Below, piece after piece: positions 23,866 to 38,125 of a stretch of DNA of 64,000 nt. This stretch comes from Octopus vulgaris. Its lineage: Eukaryota. The stretch covers positions 38,502,001 through 38,566,000 of the forward strand of contig OX597826.1 of assembly GCA_951406725.2 (NCBI GenBank). Reading direction: 5' to 3'. A program made the position numbers and the translations under genes. The notes beneath the pieces were generated by a model. The model did not search any database and had not been told where the DNA came from. It saw nothing but the letters and a program-made list of their open reading frames with translations. Within the stretch, counting starts at the first letter, position 1. The number at the start of each line of letters is the position of its first letter.

Positions 23866-26800
23866 ATGAAGTATTTTGTTTCTCACAAAATACAGGAAAC
23901 ATTAATCTTTTTTTCAAATTCTAGTCCTGGTTGTGTTTTATATAATACACATACACACATGTTGTATGTATGTATGTGATTCATTATTTTTTTCTTCTAA
24001 AAATATTATCAGCTTTATTAATAATACTGAGAAGATAACATTGTTTAGATTTATATTTAAGAAACTTGTGCTAACAATTGTATAATTACTTTTTTCAAAG
24101 TTATCTCTACAGAGTTTCTTTAGAAATTAAAACCAGTACTGAAAATGATCGAATAGCACTGCTAACACAGGAAGGATACAGTATTGACTTGAAAAGCTTA
24201 TGGTTGCATAACAAAATACAGTGTCCTGATCAGCAATTATATAATTATAAATATGGATAGATTTCAGAGTAATGGTAGTCTTTCTCTTAATTGATATGAC
24301 AATTAACAAACCATTGTTAACAATAGTAAACGTATTACAATTAACACAATTATTAATTGGTATATTGAAACTACTAATAATAATTTTAATTAAGAACAAG
24401 CACTATAGCACTTAAAAAGAAAAAAAGTGTCACATATGTGGTCTTTTGGTCTTCTAGAAATAGCAACTAAATCTGTCTTTAATCACAATCCACTGTCTTA
24501 TAAATAGAAGGATGGACATTAGATAATGTAGTCTTAAATAGTACTGAAAAGTTGGGATGGTCATGCCAGGAATGGGTTTGACCATGACTCTACTTGATGA
24601 TTGTTAACCTGGAGCTAAAAATAACACAAAAATACTACAAAGAAGTATTACAGTATTAAGACCATTATCAAGACCTCTTTTACACTAGTAACATCATTAC
24701 TAAGTATTCTGTGACACAAGTAACAATGTTACAAAGGGCTTTGTTACACAAGTGACTTAGTTTCTTAAAAGTTATGTTACAGTAAACCCTGTCACTTCAT
24801 ACAACAACTAGTAAAATCAGAAGAGTGATGATTTAGAGGCTGCCAATGTGTTAAATTTGCCTCTGGTCAATAAAATCAGTACCAGTCATGAACTGGGGTC
24901 AATCATGTTATTATTCCTCCCTTCAAAATTTGTCACTCTCTGCTTATCAAAATGCTATTCTGTAAATATTCTATAAATGCTGCTGTTATTAGACATAGTA
25001 TAGCCTTAGTATCAGTTACTAAACAGCACTCTACAGTTAGTACTACTATTATCATTAGCCACAGTAGAGCTTCTAAACAGGACCCTTGCCATTACTGCAA
25101 TAAACATATCACTGTTACTAAACAGAACATTCATACGTTTTCTTTTAATACTCTCCCTAACAGATGTTCAAAATTATCATTTCCCAATACTTGGAATAAT
25201 ATTTCAGGACATTTCTAATGTTTAAATGAAAACCTTGAAACGGTTGCTATTTTTGTTTGTAAATATCACTGTGTAAATACTAAAACAAACATTCAAATGT
25301 TCCAAATGTGACCTTTTACTATCATCACATTTTCTAGCAACCCTTTTCCTTGATTGCATGAATGCCGATCATTCTCCCCCTCCTCTCGTGTACTGCAGAA
25401 TAAATCTATAGATTTCAGTTGGATGCGGGTAGTCAGTTGCTGATGAAATCTCAAATATTGAAAGGAGTTCAGATGAGATTGTATAAAAAGACAGTCATTT
25501 TTTACTGTCCAGTGTAATTATGTTTAAATTATTTACACAGTGTTTGTTGAAATCTGTGAATTTATTTTGTAGTACATTATAGTTCCAAAAATCAACAGTA
25601 ACAGGTCTCGCATACACACACACATATAAGAGAAAAAGAACATGGCCATTGACTTGGTGTCTTTAATTCATCTGTAACATATGTTTCAGGATGTGCCACA
25701 TGATGTCTCACTATAGATGCAATCAATAGATGTACCTAGAACCCCTACATTTCATTTGATATTCAGTGCTACGTCTTACAATATTATCTTTATCATCATC
25801 TTTTCATCTATTCTTCATGATTACCATTAATTTTGCTTCCTCTAGCAGTATAATAATCATTCATAATTCAAACATTTATTTTAATGAAATAATTTTTTGG
25901 CCCATCTACAAAATAGAAATGCTATATATTGTACAAACTAAAAATTATGTTTGTTTCTTTTGAAGTATTTGCCTAATTCTTGTGTCATTCCTTTATTACC
26001 AGAAATCTCAGTCTCTGACTACAAAGTTGTACAGCATAAGACAAGGTTGCTACAGAGATGGAGTGACCATTTGAGAATTCCATTTCAGTACTGACCAATT
26101 GCTGTAATCTTCATGTCATGGGTAAAGTGTCAGCCTCTGGGTGAAGTAGTTGTGATCTTCATTCATTTTCCTATCTTATGTTAGTCAAGGTGCTGAACTG
26201 ATCTCTTAATGGCTGAGTCTCAGTTGCAAGGGTAATTCCTGTGGACCTTTTTCAAGGCCTCCAAGACTTGTGATAGGAAGTTATCCTCAGAACAGACTTG
26301 GCCTCAACATGGCAACAGAATGGGCTCCACTAATGGCCAAGTGATGGCAGTAGGGGATAACAATGGATTCAGCTAATGGCCAAAGAGTAGTATCAAAGTA
26401 GGTGATGACAGAATAGACTTCACTAAATGATAGGGGAGTCTGCTGAAAGCAACTATCCAAAGAACGAGGTGATGGTATTAAGATTAAGTCCATCAACCAA
26501 GAACAGGAATGGTCCACTGACAGACTCCCATACAATTTTTTTTTACTGAGTTCCACCCACAAGTGTTTGGTTCACCCAAAACTTAGAAGGTACTTGCAGT
26601 GGAATTGAACCATAAAAATTCCAAGACAAAAGGGAATGATGGGGGTGCCAGACTATTTGTTCTGTATCACATGAAATATATGATTCATCTGAAAACTTTA
26701 TGGCATAGGAATAATTATGAAGCCATTCACCATTTTCTTCTTGTATCCAGAAGTTAGTGGAGGAGGTATCTTCTATGATGGTGACCAAGGAATAATTTGA

Positions 26801-29510
26801 ACTCGGCACTGCAAGCTAACAAAAACATTAGTCAATTAACAGTGGCCCTATTGCTTTCAGTTAATGAACTTTGCCTTCTTTTGATACCTGTTTACATTTA
26901 GTGGACTTAGCCATTAACCGAGTTTAATGTTGACCATAAACACAGCATGGCACCAATGACAGGATCTGATAATGTTGGATGTGAAATACAACCCTTTAAT
27001 TAGAACGTTGACACTCTTGACTTACCTGAAAACCTTAGAAGTATTTAATTAAGGGCCTAATAATACACTGAAATGATAATGAATCAATCATGCTTGCCAA
27101 AGACGTTCCATTTTGTAATTTGTCATAAAAGCTTCCATGCGACATCTAGTAAAAGTAATCGTATAACCATTATCATCTTCATGTTTTTTTTTCCTTAATC
27201 ACCAAAACATGTTTCATGCAAACCATCTAAGGCATTTCTACAAAGTCATCTCACCTGTTTACTCATTTAACCATCTGCCATCCTTATAATGGGCATCTCC
27301 TGTCTTAAGATTTAAATTTTTTGAAAATCTTAAATGTTAGGTCGGTCTACCCACAGTAAAGATGGATAAATGTTTTCATTGAATACCAAACTTTGGTATT
27401 TCTGGTCTCCATGCCATAGTTCTCCTGAATGAGGGCTGACTTGGGGCAAGGAGACAAATCACAGTTTAGCTCTAATATTTTCTCTGGCTTCAGCTTGGTG
27501 CCACCATTTATGAAATTATTTTATTCCTTGAAAGTGGACAGATGTTCCCTCATAAATGTAGCAACTGGCAGCAGTCAGAGAACATAAAAGAGTGCTTTCT
27601 CATAATTACTTTGTATCGTTAGAGGCTGAAGATTTCAGGTAGAGGATGGCCTGGAGCAAGCAACTAGATAAAAGTGACTTAGACAAGTCCCTTTACTTTA
27701 TCTGTCCTTCATTTCAACTTTATATTTGCTTCTTGAAAGGGTTATGCATTAAATGTGAAGACTTTTTCCAGAAACAGACCAAATATTTTAGTTTATAAAC
27801 TTAACCATTCCATATGAGTGGAAAAATGAAATTCATAAAACAAAATAGAAAAATTTAATATTTATATTGACATCTTGCTTTATTCATATTTCTATCTTTA
27901 TTCTCTCCCCCCACCCACCCGCTCTCTTCATTGCCAAAGTTGTTTTTAAGGATTCCTCCTCCTCAGTTTTTTTCTTTCCATTTCTCATGATTCTAATTTT
28001 CAGTGTTTGAAACAAATTGTTAGTCGCAAAGTTGGAACTGGTTTATTCTAAATCTTGAAACTAATGTTTTTCTTCTTAGAAAAACATCCCCAAATAACGT
28101 GTCTTTGTTCAGCTTTGTTTTATATTTTCTGCCATGTTATATAAAAAGGAAAAATCTATTTTTAACAAGGTTGTGAAAGGTTTTTCTTTTCCATTGTTAT
28201 GTACATAAAAGAATATTTTTTTTTTGTTCAACTGATGCTTGATGTGATATGACAGAATTGCAAAATTCTATGTGATAAGTTTGAATTCTATTTCTATGTA
28301 ATTATAATGCTGCTTTAAGGAATTGGTTTTATCTTGATACAACAAAAACTGTTTTATTGCATGAATATTCTTTTTTATTTATTTTTCTTGTTTTATTGCA
28401 TGTTTGTGTGTGTGTGTGTGTAATTTTCAAATTTTTGTATATTCTCATGTTTTCAGCTCTAAATCTTCTTTCTGATTCTTTCTCCTACAAACAGAACCAG
28501 CAGACATGCACACCCATACATTATATATTTGTACCCCTGGCACTGTACAAAAAAAAATATTATTAATGGAGGAAAAAATGAAATATTTTGCTATTCTGCC
28601 ACCTGAGTAACTCTGTATTTCTCCTCCTTCAGAACTCAGACTTTGTCCTTAAAACTACTACAATTCCTTCCCAGTAACACCAAATTGTTTAGTACTGTCA
28701 CTTATCTCAGAATTCCTTAGTGTTTCAGAGACGTGAGGCATTCTTCAAATCCTCAATCCAACTGCTTCAGTACAATCTCCTCAGCAGTACATTCTTTTTC
28801 TAAAATCAAATCCCCTAAATGTGTTGCTCTTTCCTGAGCCTCCTCCACCTTTTACCTTCAAATGGAATAAGAACCTGTGACCGTTTAGTCAGGAGTACCC
28901 TTATTCCAAGCCACATCCAACCTTGAACCCCCCCCCCCCACACACACACACACCCATGGTACCATTCTTGGTTCTTCATTTACCAAACCATACTGAGTCC
29001 AAAGTCTACATTCACCTTGACTGACCCTTTCACTTGCACCCTTGAATCTGTCCCTTTAATTGAACTAATCGCTCCATGGGTTGCCTCTCACTCTGTAGGG
29101 CTACCCTACACAAAAGTACATCCCACTGCTGCAGACACAAGGAAGAGTGTTTTATCTTCAACCTGGGAAAGGAATGATTGTACTCCACAACTTCTATTAA
29201 TGTTACCTCATCCTCTACATCTGCCCCCCCCCCCCCCATCCCACCACACAGGATTCTCACATTTCAGTTGTCCTTCCACATTCAACGCAGGTTTTCTTGT
29301 TTGTATATCTGTTTTGTGAGGCCACCTCTGGTCTCCTGCCTGAGTGTCTGTACATTCCTCTCCCTCCACTCTTTCTCTCTCTCAGTGTTAATGTGTGTGT
29401 GCGTATGTATGTGATTATATTTGTGTGTGTCTTACATCTCCTAAATTCATTCTGTTGCTTGTACATCTCTATAATTGTGAAGTCTTCCCTGTTCCTTTTT
29501 CGTCCGTGCA

Positions 29511-29551
<41 letters not shown>

Positions 29552-29766
29552 TCCACTGTTTGTGCATTTATATGTGACTATTTGTGTGTGTTCTTGCACC
29601 TTATGTTTCTTACTCTCATTCTTTCTGTGGCTGTGTGTGTGGTATTCTCAAAATACTCTCAATGTCCTCATGTTTATTCTGCTCTCTCTCTCTCTCTCTC
29701 TCTCTCTCTTTACAACTTTGTAAATTTTTCTACAAGATTACATATAACATTGCTTTAATTTTGATT

Positions 29767-29810
<44 letters not shown>

Positions 29811-29815
<5 letters not shown>

Positions 29816-30077
29816 GTATGTGTCAATATATGTCTATGAATCTATATATGTATCTGTATGTGTCAATATATGTCTATGAATCTATATATGTATCTGTATG
29901 TGTCAATATATGTCTATGAATCTATATATGTATCTGTATGTGTCAATATATGTCTATGAATCTATATATGTATCTGTATGTGTCAATATATGTCTATGAA
30001 TCTATATATGTATCTGTATGTGTCAATATATGTCTATGAATCTATATATGTATCTGTATGTGTCAATATATGTCTAT
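29811..30077. repeat. 40-bp minisatellite, 6 perfect copies plus a partial
   Basis: Unit TATCTGTATGTGTCAATATATGTCTATGAATCTATATATG; followed by a looser ~50-bp TA/TG repeat to ~30450. Confidence 0.95.
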
Positions 30078-31293
30078 TTGAATCTATATATATATATATA
30101 TCTGTATGTGTCAATATATGTCTATATGTGTCTGTATATACGTGTCTGTTTGTGTATATGCCTATATATATGTCTAAATGTGTGTGTGTGTCTATATGTA
30201 TAAATATTTATATATGTATGTGTATATACATGTGTCTATATGTATAAATATTTATATGTGTGTATGTATGTGTATATACATGTGTCTATATGTATAAATA
30301 TTTATATATGTGTGTATGTATGTGTATATACATGTGTCTATATGTATAAATATTTATATATGTGTGTATGTATGTGTATATGCATGTGTATTTGTGTCTA
30401 TATACATCTATATACATGTCTGAATGTACATGTTTATATGTGTGTATGTATTTATACATACAATTTAGTCATTTAAAATGACCGCATTGTTACTTCAAGC
30501 TTTAAGTCCGATTTCAAGAACATATCTAAAAGAATGTCTAGGTTTAGAAATGTTTTAAGGAGTATAACAATGTATGACATAATATTGTTGTATTTCCTTT
30601 TGTTGTATGTTGGAAGGAAGAAATACAAAGTGTCTTCGTGTATGTCACGTATGGCCTTTGTTGTTTTTTACCTTTTCAGAACATGGGTTTGTCAGTTGGA
30701 TGAAGATTATTTTCTTTTCCTTTTTAAGTAGATAGGAAATATATATTTATGCATACATACTTACAAACATGCACACGCACACACACACACACACACACAT
30801 TGTTACAATTTGCAAAAGTTTTCATGGTTATGGTTTCATCTGGAGACCAGTAATGGCTGTATCCAAATTCTTCAGAGTATCAGATGTAACTGATGGTACT
30901 CCTTCTGGCCTTAACTCATGTTAAAGGGAAAGAGTACAGGTCAGATTTTTGGTAATGCTAGGGCAGAAGGTCTTCGGAGGAGTGAGGAAGGCGATCCATT
31001 CAGCAAAAAGCGCAGACTATTTACACCTTGCCAAGCATTTATATATTTATATATATATACACCCATATACACGTGTATATGTATTACAGAAGCTGGGGAC
31101 AGATAGATGCCCAGAATTAAGGAGACTCAAAGAACACACATCAACATACAAATATGCACTCACTCACCTTCTTCTTGATATTTGTCTGTCCATACTGCAA
31201 TGATAGCATTAACAAAGGATTGCCCCCTCCCTCCCCCCACAATATGGACGGGAATGATATGACGAATTTCCAACACACACATACACACACATA

Positions 31294-31370
31294 CTCACTC
31301 ACTCACTCACTCACTCACTCACTCACTCACTCACTCACTCACTCACTCACTCACTCACTCACTCACTCAC

Positions 31371-31405
<35 letters not shown>
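31294..31405. repeat. (TCAC)n-(TC)n compound microsatellite
   Basis: Read directly. Confidence 0.95.
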
Positions 31406-31410
<5 letters not shown>

Positions 31411-34400
31411 GCAACACTGGTAGAAATAACTCCACCCTGCTATCAAAATACATCTGGGTACTTAGCTCTAATGTAAATTAAATTGGAAACAAATGGCTAA
31501 TGCAAAAGCTTATTCTAGTGACCGCTGTCCGTGTAGTTTATGCACCATTGGGGTATACCACATTGCTTTTGTTAAAGAAAAAGGGGGGAAACCAAACAAC
31601 CCAAGCTATTAAATAAGCACCGAAAAGAATATTTGCTGTCCACATAAAACCTTTATAACAGTGATTCCCAATCATTTTTAACCCTTTTGATTTCTATTTG
31701 ACCCTCCTGGACCCTCACATGTGTAAAAAAAAATCCTATTATAGCTTTATGATTAAATATTAGGAATTTTATAAAAAAGAAATTTTAATATTTTGAGTAT
31801 TGTAGAAGTAAAACCGATTTATTGCAGATAAATTTTAAGAACAAAATCTTGTATGGACCCTGGTTGTGAACCCATTGCTTTAAAGCCTACAAGTACTTCC
31901 AACTTACTTCTTAACATCTGAACCTCATTAACCTTAGGGCAGGTAAATGCTGCAGATATTGCTCTCTTTTTTTTGTCTTTACTCCAAGTCCCAGTCATCC
32001 CTCAGGCTACCCTTCACTCACACATGAACATATTCAGAAATACCCACACACACACACATCTACAGATACACACATCCAACCACTAGGGCTAGAATCTACA
32101 TATCAGGACTCTGTTCTAAAATACCCAATAGTTTCATCTATTCTGTTGTCTATCTTGCTTTTTGCCTCTCCCTCTTGCTCTTATTTGCAGCATGTATGTG
32201 GTGTAATTGTATATTTGTTCATGTGTGCATCTGTTGCTATATATTTAAGTATGTATGGCTCCCTGTCTGTATGTTATGGATATACATTTTTTTTTTTTCA
32301 TGTTTTATTTTACTTATATATATTTGCAACCTGTCTCCAGTCATCTCACAAAATTTGACACCCTCTGGTTTTTACCTCCTGCAACCTGTCTCCAGTCATC
32401 TTGCAAACCTACTAACATTCTTCTCCTTCCATGTGTATAATATATTATTTTTCCTGCATCCATCACCACCACCACTCATGCTTCTTCCATCCCTACAGTA
32501 CCCATTCATTCCATCCTCCCTCCATGGACCACTATCCATCAACCTGATTGCTTTAGGGACCTTGACTGTTGACCACGCCACTTGACGCTGAGCCCTGGTC
32601 AATTCAGTCCCTTGATCCTATTTATTGAGACCAGTCTGCATGTGTGTGTGTGGTAGTTAGATCACTTAAGCTGAACTCTCTGCCCTCTGCTCCCTTTCTT
32701 TTCTAACTCCACCACCCTCAATAACTAACCACCTCACCTTCCACATTACAGACTTTCTGTTGAACTTCCATTAACCTTTAGCTATTCACTCAACTCTTTC
32801 CTCTGCAATTTAATTTCTGTTTAGTAAAAAAGCTGCTTACTGTCCGATAAGTTTGGAAAACACATCAAACTTGGCAACAAGTCATCTGTTGCTTGGCATT
32901 TCCACTCTGCTGACTGCTCCATCTAACATCTTTGTCTTTAGCTTTGCCTTGAGTGCAGCATCTCCCATCTTTTGTTTCCAGGCGCAACAGAAATTCATCA
33001 TCTTTCTATTAACTTTCACCCTATCCCTTAAATTCCCATCCTCAGTTACACTAAACCAACATTTCCACAATGGTAGGCATACGCTGGACCACACACACAA
33101 AGCAAGTCTGTACATACATGCACACACACCAATTCTTACTCATGTACAAGCCATACTTATACCCACAATCTGAACCCATCTACACCCTCCACACACACAC
33201 ACACACATTGCAATTCATATATGCTATAAAATCAGTTATGCATATACACACATCCCTCTCTCTTTTCCCCTGTTGTCTGCACACCACACACACAAACTCA
33301 TGCCACAATATTTACACATCTCTATATACCCTTGCATGCAACCAGTTACACATGCATTTTGCCACATGGCTGCTACATACCATGACAAAAGCACCTCCAT
33401 GTTTAATCTCAGCACCTTTTTTTTGTCTTCATCACATAACCACCTCACCTCCCATAACTTCTCATCCTTTCCTGTCTCCAATTTTTGACAATACGCTTCC
33501 TATTTCTCTTTTCCTTCCTTTCTCCTTAAACACCTTATTTATTGTATTGAGTTCTTTGTGTTGTTTTTTTAATCATTTTCATTTTGTATTCTGTGCATTT
33601 GTGTAATTACATACATGGCTGTCTGTAGAGGTGTTTGCATGTGTATACATGTCTGTCTGTCAAGTATGTGTGTGTGTGTATACATGCCTGAGTAGAAGTG
33701 TGTGTGCAGGTGTGTCTGTTTATATGTATGTGAGTGAGTGAGTGAGTGTGTGTATATCAATGCATATGTGCCTGTTCCTTGATTCTCCTTAATTCTGTGT
33801 ATCTATTTCTCCGTCTTCAGTTTCTGCAATTTTATACACTTGTGTATGGGTATAGATGTATAAATGTGTGACAGGGTGTATATAGTCTTCCCCTTTTAGC
33901 TGAATGGGTCTTCTTTCCCCTCCTCTCCAGACTTTTGCCCCTGCATTACCAGAAGCTGACCACTATCATCTCTTCCACTCTGAAGAACTGTCAGTTGTTT
34001 TTGATACTCTGAAGAATCAAGATATAGTTTTACTGATTTTCAAATGAAACAGCTTGCAAGCTGGCAATAACTTTATATCTATGTGTGTGTGTGTGTGTTT
34101 GTATACAGGGGGAGGGAGCATAGGGTGTTTCATTAGTGCAAAACAAGATGGAGAAAATGATGCTTAAAGACCCAAAGGTAAGGTAAAATGCAGAGTCTTG
34201 TTGAAACTGGAAAACTTCGTAAAACCATTGATTTGAATTTCATGGAACCAGTCATAACATAAAAAAAAGATCTTCTGGAACAATATAATGTTTTGTTCCA
34301 ATATATTTCAGTTCAATTCTGTCTTCTGATTGGTTATGCGAAATTCAGTCATGAATAACAGTTGGTTTTTCAGCCTTGGAACTAACTATCTCTCTCTCTC

Positions 34401-34530
34401 TCTCTCTGTATAACACACACACATTATGTCTTACTGGATATATTATGTCCTGTTCTATGTGTTATTGTGTATATGATTTATTTTGTAATTGTCATTATAT
34501 ATATATATAGATGTGTTTATAGTTATATCT

Positions 34531-34567
<37 letters not shown>

Positions 34568-35368
34568 TTATGTCTTACTGTAAATATCATTATGTCTTTC
34601 ACTCCCCATCTTGGTTGTCGATATATCTTTATATATTGCGGTGTCTAATGTCTTACTTTGTATCTTATATGAATCGTTATTTGTTGTACTTTTATATTAT
34701 CGCTGATGTCAGTTTATTAATGTTTGATAATATTTATGCTTCTGATAAATAAACATCTGCTGTTTACTTTATTTGGTCATCTTATTTTATTTTTATCTTT
34801 ATTATTCCATGTTTGTGTTGGGCTGGGGTCCAGTGAGTTGTTGGGGCAGTTTTTTTCTTTTCTTTTCTTACAGGTGAGTTGGTGCTTTTCTTAGAATTAA
34901 CTGCTCAATTGTAAAGAACGGGAGTGGCACCCAGCCAGAGTATACATATACACATACTTTACTCAGGGGCACAACCAAGACTTGAACTCTTGACTGTGTG
35001 CATTGATGTTAGGCATTTAAAGCAATTAGCAAACATGTGACACAAGGTATTAGGCCATATTTGCTTTTGTGATTGCTAAGCTTTGCAAGTTCTGTGTATG
35101 TATGTGTGTGTGTGTACAACAGACTTCTTTCATTTTTGTCTGCCAAATCTATTCCATGGAATTGAACCTGAATCGATGTTGTTGCAAGGTGATCATCATA
35201 ACCAGACAGCTAAACCCGAACCAATGTGACTGTGTGTGTCTACACAGCCACACACATCTTGCATAAGTGTGTAAGTTGTACATTAACATAGAAATTATTG
35301 AATCAACAAAGATGTTTTACTAATAAATCTGAAGATGCAAGCCTTTAGTGACTCTGTTTCTACTACAA

Positions 35369-36420
35369 ATAATAATAATTCTTTTCTACTCTAGGCACAA
35401 GGCCTGAAATTTTGGGGGAAGGGGCCAGTCAATTAGATCAACCGCAGTACGCAATTGGTACTTAATCTATTGACCCCAAAAGGATGAAAGGCAAAGTTGA
35501 CCTTGGTGGAATTTGGACTCAGCACGCCAGGCGAAATGCTTAGCAGTATTTGATGTCTTTACGTTCTAACGTGTCTGCCAGGTCTAATAATAATAATAAT
35601 AATTCTTTTCTACTTTAGGCACAAGGCCTGAAATTTTGGGGGAAGGGGCCAGTCAATTAGATCAACTGCAGTATGCAACTGGTACTTAATCTATTGACCC
35701 CAAAAGGATGAAAGGCAAAGTCGACCTTGGTGGAATTTGAACTCAGCACGCCAGGCAAAATGCTTAGCAGTATTTCATGTCTTTACATTCTAACGTGTCT
35801 GCCAGGTCTAATAATAATAATAATTCTCTTCTACTCTAGGTACAAGGCCCGAAATTTTTGGGAAAGGGGCCAGTCGATTAGATCAACCCCAGTATGCAGC
35901 TGGTACTTAATCTATTGACCCCGAAAGGATGAAAGGCAAAGTCGACCTCAGCAGAATTTGAATTCAGAATATAAAGACATGAAATACTGCTAAGCATTTC
36001 GTCTGTCCTAACATTTCATATTTCTTTATTGCCCACAAGGGGCTAAACATAGAGGGGACAGACAAAGGGATTAAGTCGATTACATTGACTCCTAGTGTTT
36101 CACTGGTACTTAATTTATCGACCCCGAAAGAATGAAAAGCAAAGTCGACCATGGAATTTGAACTTAGAATGTAACGGCAGATGAAATACCTTTTTCTTTA
36201 CTACCCACAAGGGGCTAAACACAGAGAGAACAAACAAGGACAGACAAACGGATTAAGTCGATTATATTGACCCCAGTGCGCAACTGGTACTTATTTAATC
36301 GACCCTGAAAGGATGAAAGGCAAAGTTGACCTCGGCGGAATTTGAACTCAGAACGTAGCGGCAGATGAAATACCACTGAGCATTTTGCCTGGTGTGCTAA
36401 CGTTTCTGCCAGCTTGAATA
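35369..36420 (-). mobile_element. Head-to-tail array of family B SINE copies
   Basis: About five same-strand units; the first two (~35369-35585 and ~35586-35810) are near-identical; each contains AAAGGATGAAAGGCAAAGT or a close variant. Confidence 0.85.
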
Positions 36421-36431
36421 ATAATCAAAAT

Positions 36432-36931
36432 AGCTAGTTGTAAAATCTCAAGAAGAGATCAGAGTAGTAATTATACTAACAAGTTAATTGCCACATCAAA
36501 GTGGCTGCTCCATGTTACTAGTTTAACCCTAAGCAGACCATCCACCAGCGCAGCACTGCACCCTCTATATACAATATATATTGTTAGCTATACTTGTTAG
36601 TAAAGTTACTATTCTGATCTCTGTTTGAGATTTTACAACTAACTTTGTTACAAATCAGTGACCAATGGTCACTTTGTTTACAATATACTGCTGGCTGGAG
36701 TGAATCCTGGCTATCGCTCTGGGGACCAGGTGCTTGCAACTGAGGATGAGCCAACCAGCTCTAAACTGAGTCAGTTTCACAAACCTGTTGTATGCTAGAG
36801 GACGATAGGGGTTCACTCTTCTTGCTAGCAATATAGAGGGTGCAGCAATGTACTGATAACCAGCTGGTGGAGGATCTGCCTGGGGTTAAACTAGTAATAA
36901 CATGGAGCAGCCACTGATGAGGCGATTAACT
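36432..36931. repeat. Interleaved inverted repeats with a degenerate hammerhead-like core (PLE pLTR or retrozyme-like)
   Basis: 36432-36484 pairs with 36592-36644 (47/53 by eye); 36481-36588 pairs with 36822-36931; CTGAGGA-T-GAGC-caacca-GCTC-tAAAC-tga-GTC at 36740-36772. Confidence 0.6.
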
Positions 36932-37335
36932 TTATTCTTTTATTTGTTTGTCATTTGACTGCGGCCATGCTAGAGCACCACCTTTAGTCAAACAAATCGA
37001 CCCCAGAGCTTATTCTTTGTAAGCCTAGTACTAATTCTATCAGTCTCTCTTGCTGAACTGCTAAGTTATGGGGATGTAAACACACCCACATCGGTCGTCA
37101 AGCGATGGTGTGGGGACAAACACATATGAACATACAACCACACACACACACACAGACACGCATATATATATATATATATATATATAAATATACGACAGGC
37201 TTCTTTCAGTTTCTGTCTACCAAATCCACTCACAAAGCTTTGGTCAGCCTGAGGCTATAGTAGACACCTGCCCAATGTGCCACACAGTGGGACTGAACCC
37301 AGAACCATGTGATTGGTAAGCAAACTACTTACCAC
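36930..37335 (-). mobile_element. SINE family A
   Basis: Near full-length reverse copy with internal CA/TA microsatellite. Confidence 0.85.
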
Positions 37336-38125
37336 TATAAGCACAAGGCCTGAAATTTTGAGGGAGGGGGTCAAGTCAATTTCATCAATCCCAGTGCTTG
37401 ACCAATACTTGCTTTATCAACCCCAAAAGGCAAAGTTGACCATTTGAACTCAGAAAATAAGAGGAGCTGCAAGAAATACTGCTAAATATTTTCTCCAATA
37501 TGCTAATAGTTCTACCAGCTTGCCACCCTGATAATAATGCTTTCTACTATAGGCACAACTTCTGATATTTTGGTGGAGGGGGCTAGTTGATTATATTCAC
37601 TCCTGTATTCAACCGCTATCCGTTTTATTGACCCCCCTCCTCCACAAAGAAGAACGGTAAAGTTGACTTCAGCAGAATTTTAACTTGGAATCTTGAGCCA
37701 TAACACTTGTCAGCTCGCTGCCTTGATAATTCTTTCTACTAAAGGCACAAGGCCTGAAATTTGGGGGTGGGGGAGAGTCAGTTAGTGACCTCAGTATTTC
37801 ACTGGTACTTAATTTATCCCCCACCCCAAAGAATGAAAGGCAAAATCGACCTTGGCAGAATTCGAACCCAGAACATAAAGACGGACGAAAGGCCACTAAG
37901 CATTTCGCCTGGCAAGCTAACGCCTCTGCCACCTACAAAACAATGATGATAATAATAATAATAATAATAATAATCATCATCATGATTTCTATTTTTTGCA
38001 CAAGACCAGCAATTTTTGTTTATGGGAAGGGTTAGATTGATTGCATTGACCTGTGTTCCACTGGTACTTATTTCATCGACCCCTCCACCTACCCAAAAGG
38101 ATGAATGGCAAAGTCGACCTTGGTG
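37336..38125 (-). mobile_element. Cluster of family B SINE copies
   Basis: About four reverse copies with GCACAAGGCCTGAAATTT-like ends and AAAGTTGAC/AAATCGAC cores. Confidence 0.75.

Noticed and set aside
24100-24240. Possible Tc1 pieces: RIALLTQEGYS, a ~55-bp match to ~62250-62305, and KFSDES at ~26690 on minus
   Set aside because: The motifs are too short for a confident family call without a profile search.
29257-30476. Many overlapping 60-150 aa ORFs rich in Y/I/C/V
   Set aside because: They are translations of TA/TG/CT microsatellites and the 40-bp minisatellite.
32146-33760. ORFs of 100-178 aa (e.g. 33070-33606)
   Set aside because: Low-complexity CA-rich sequence with no recognisable motifs or convincing exon chain.
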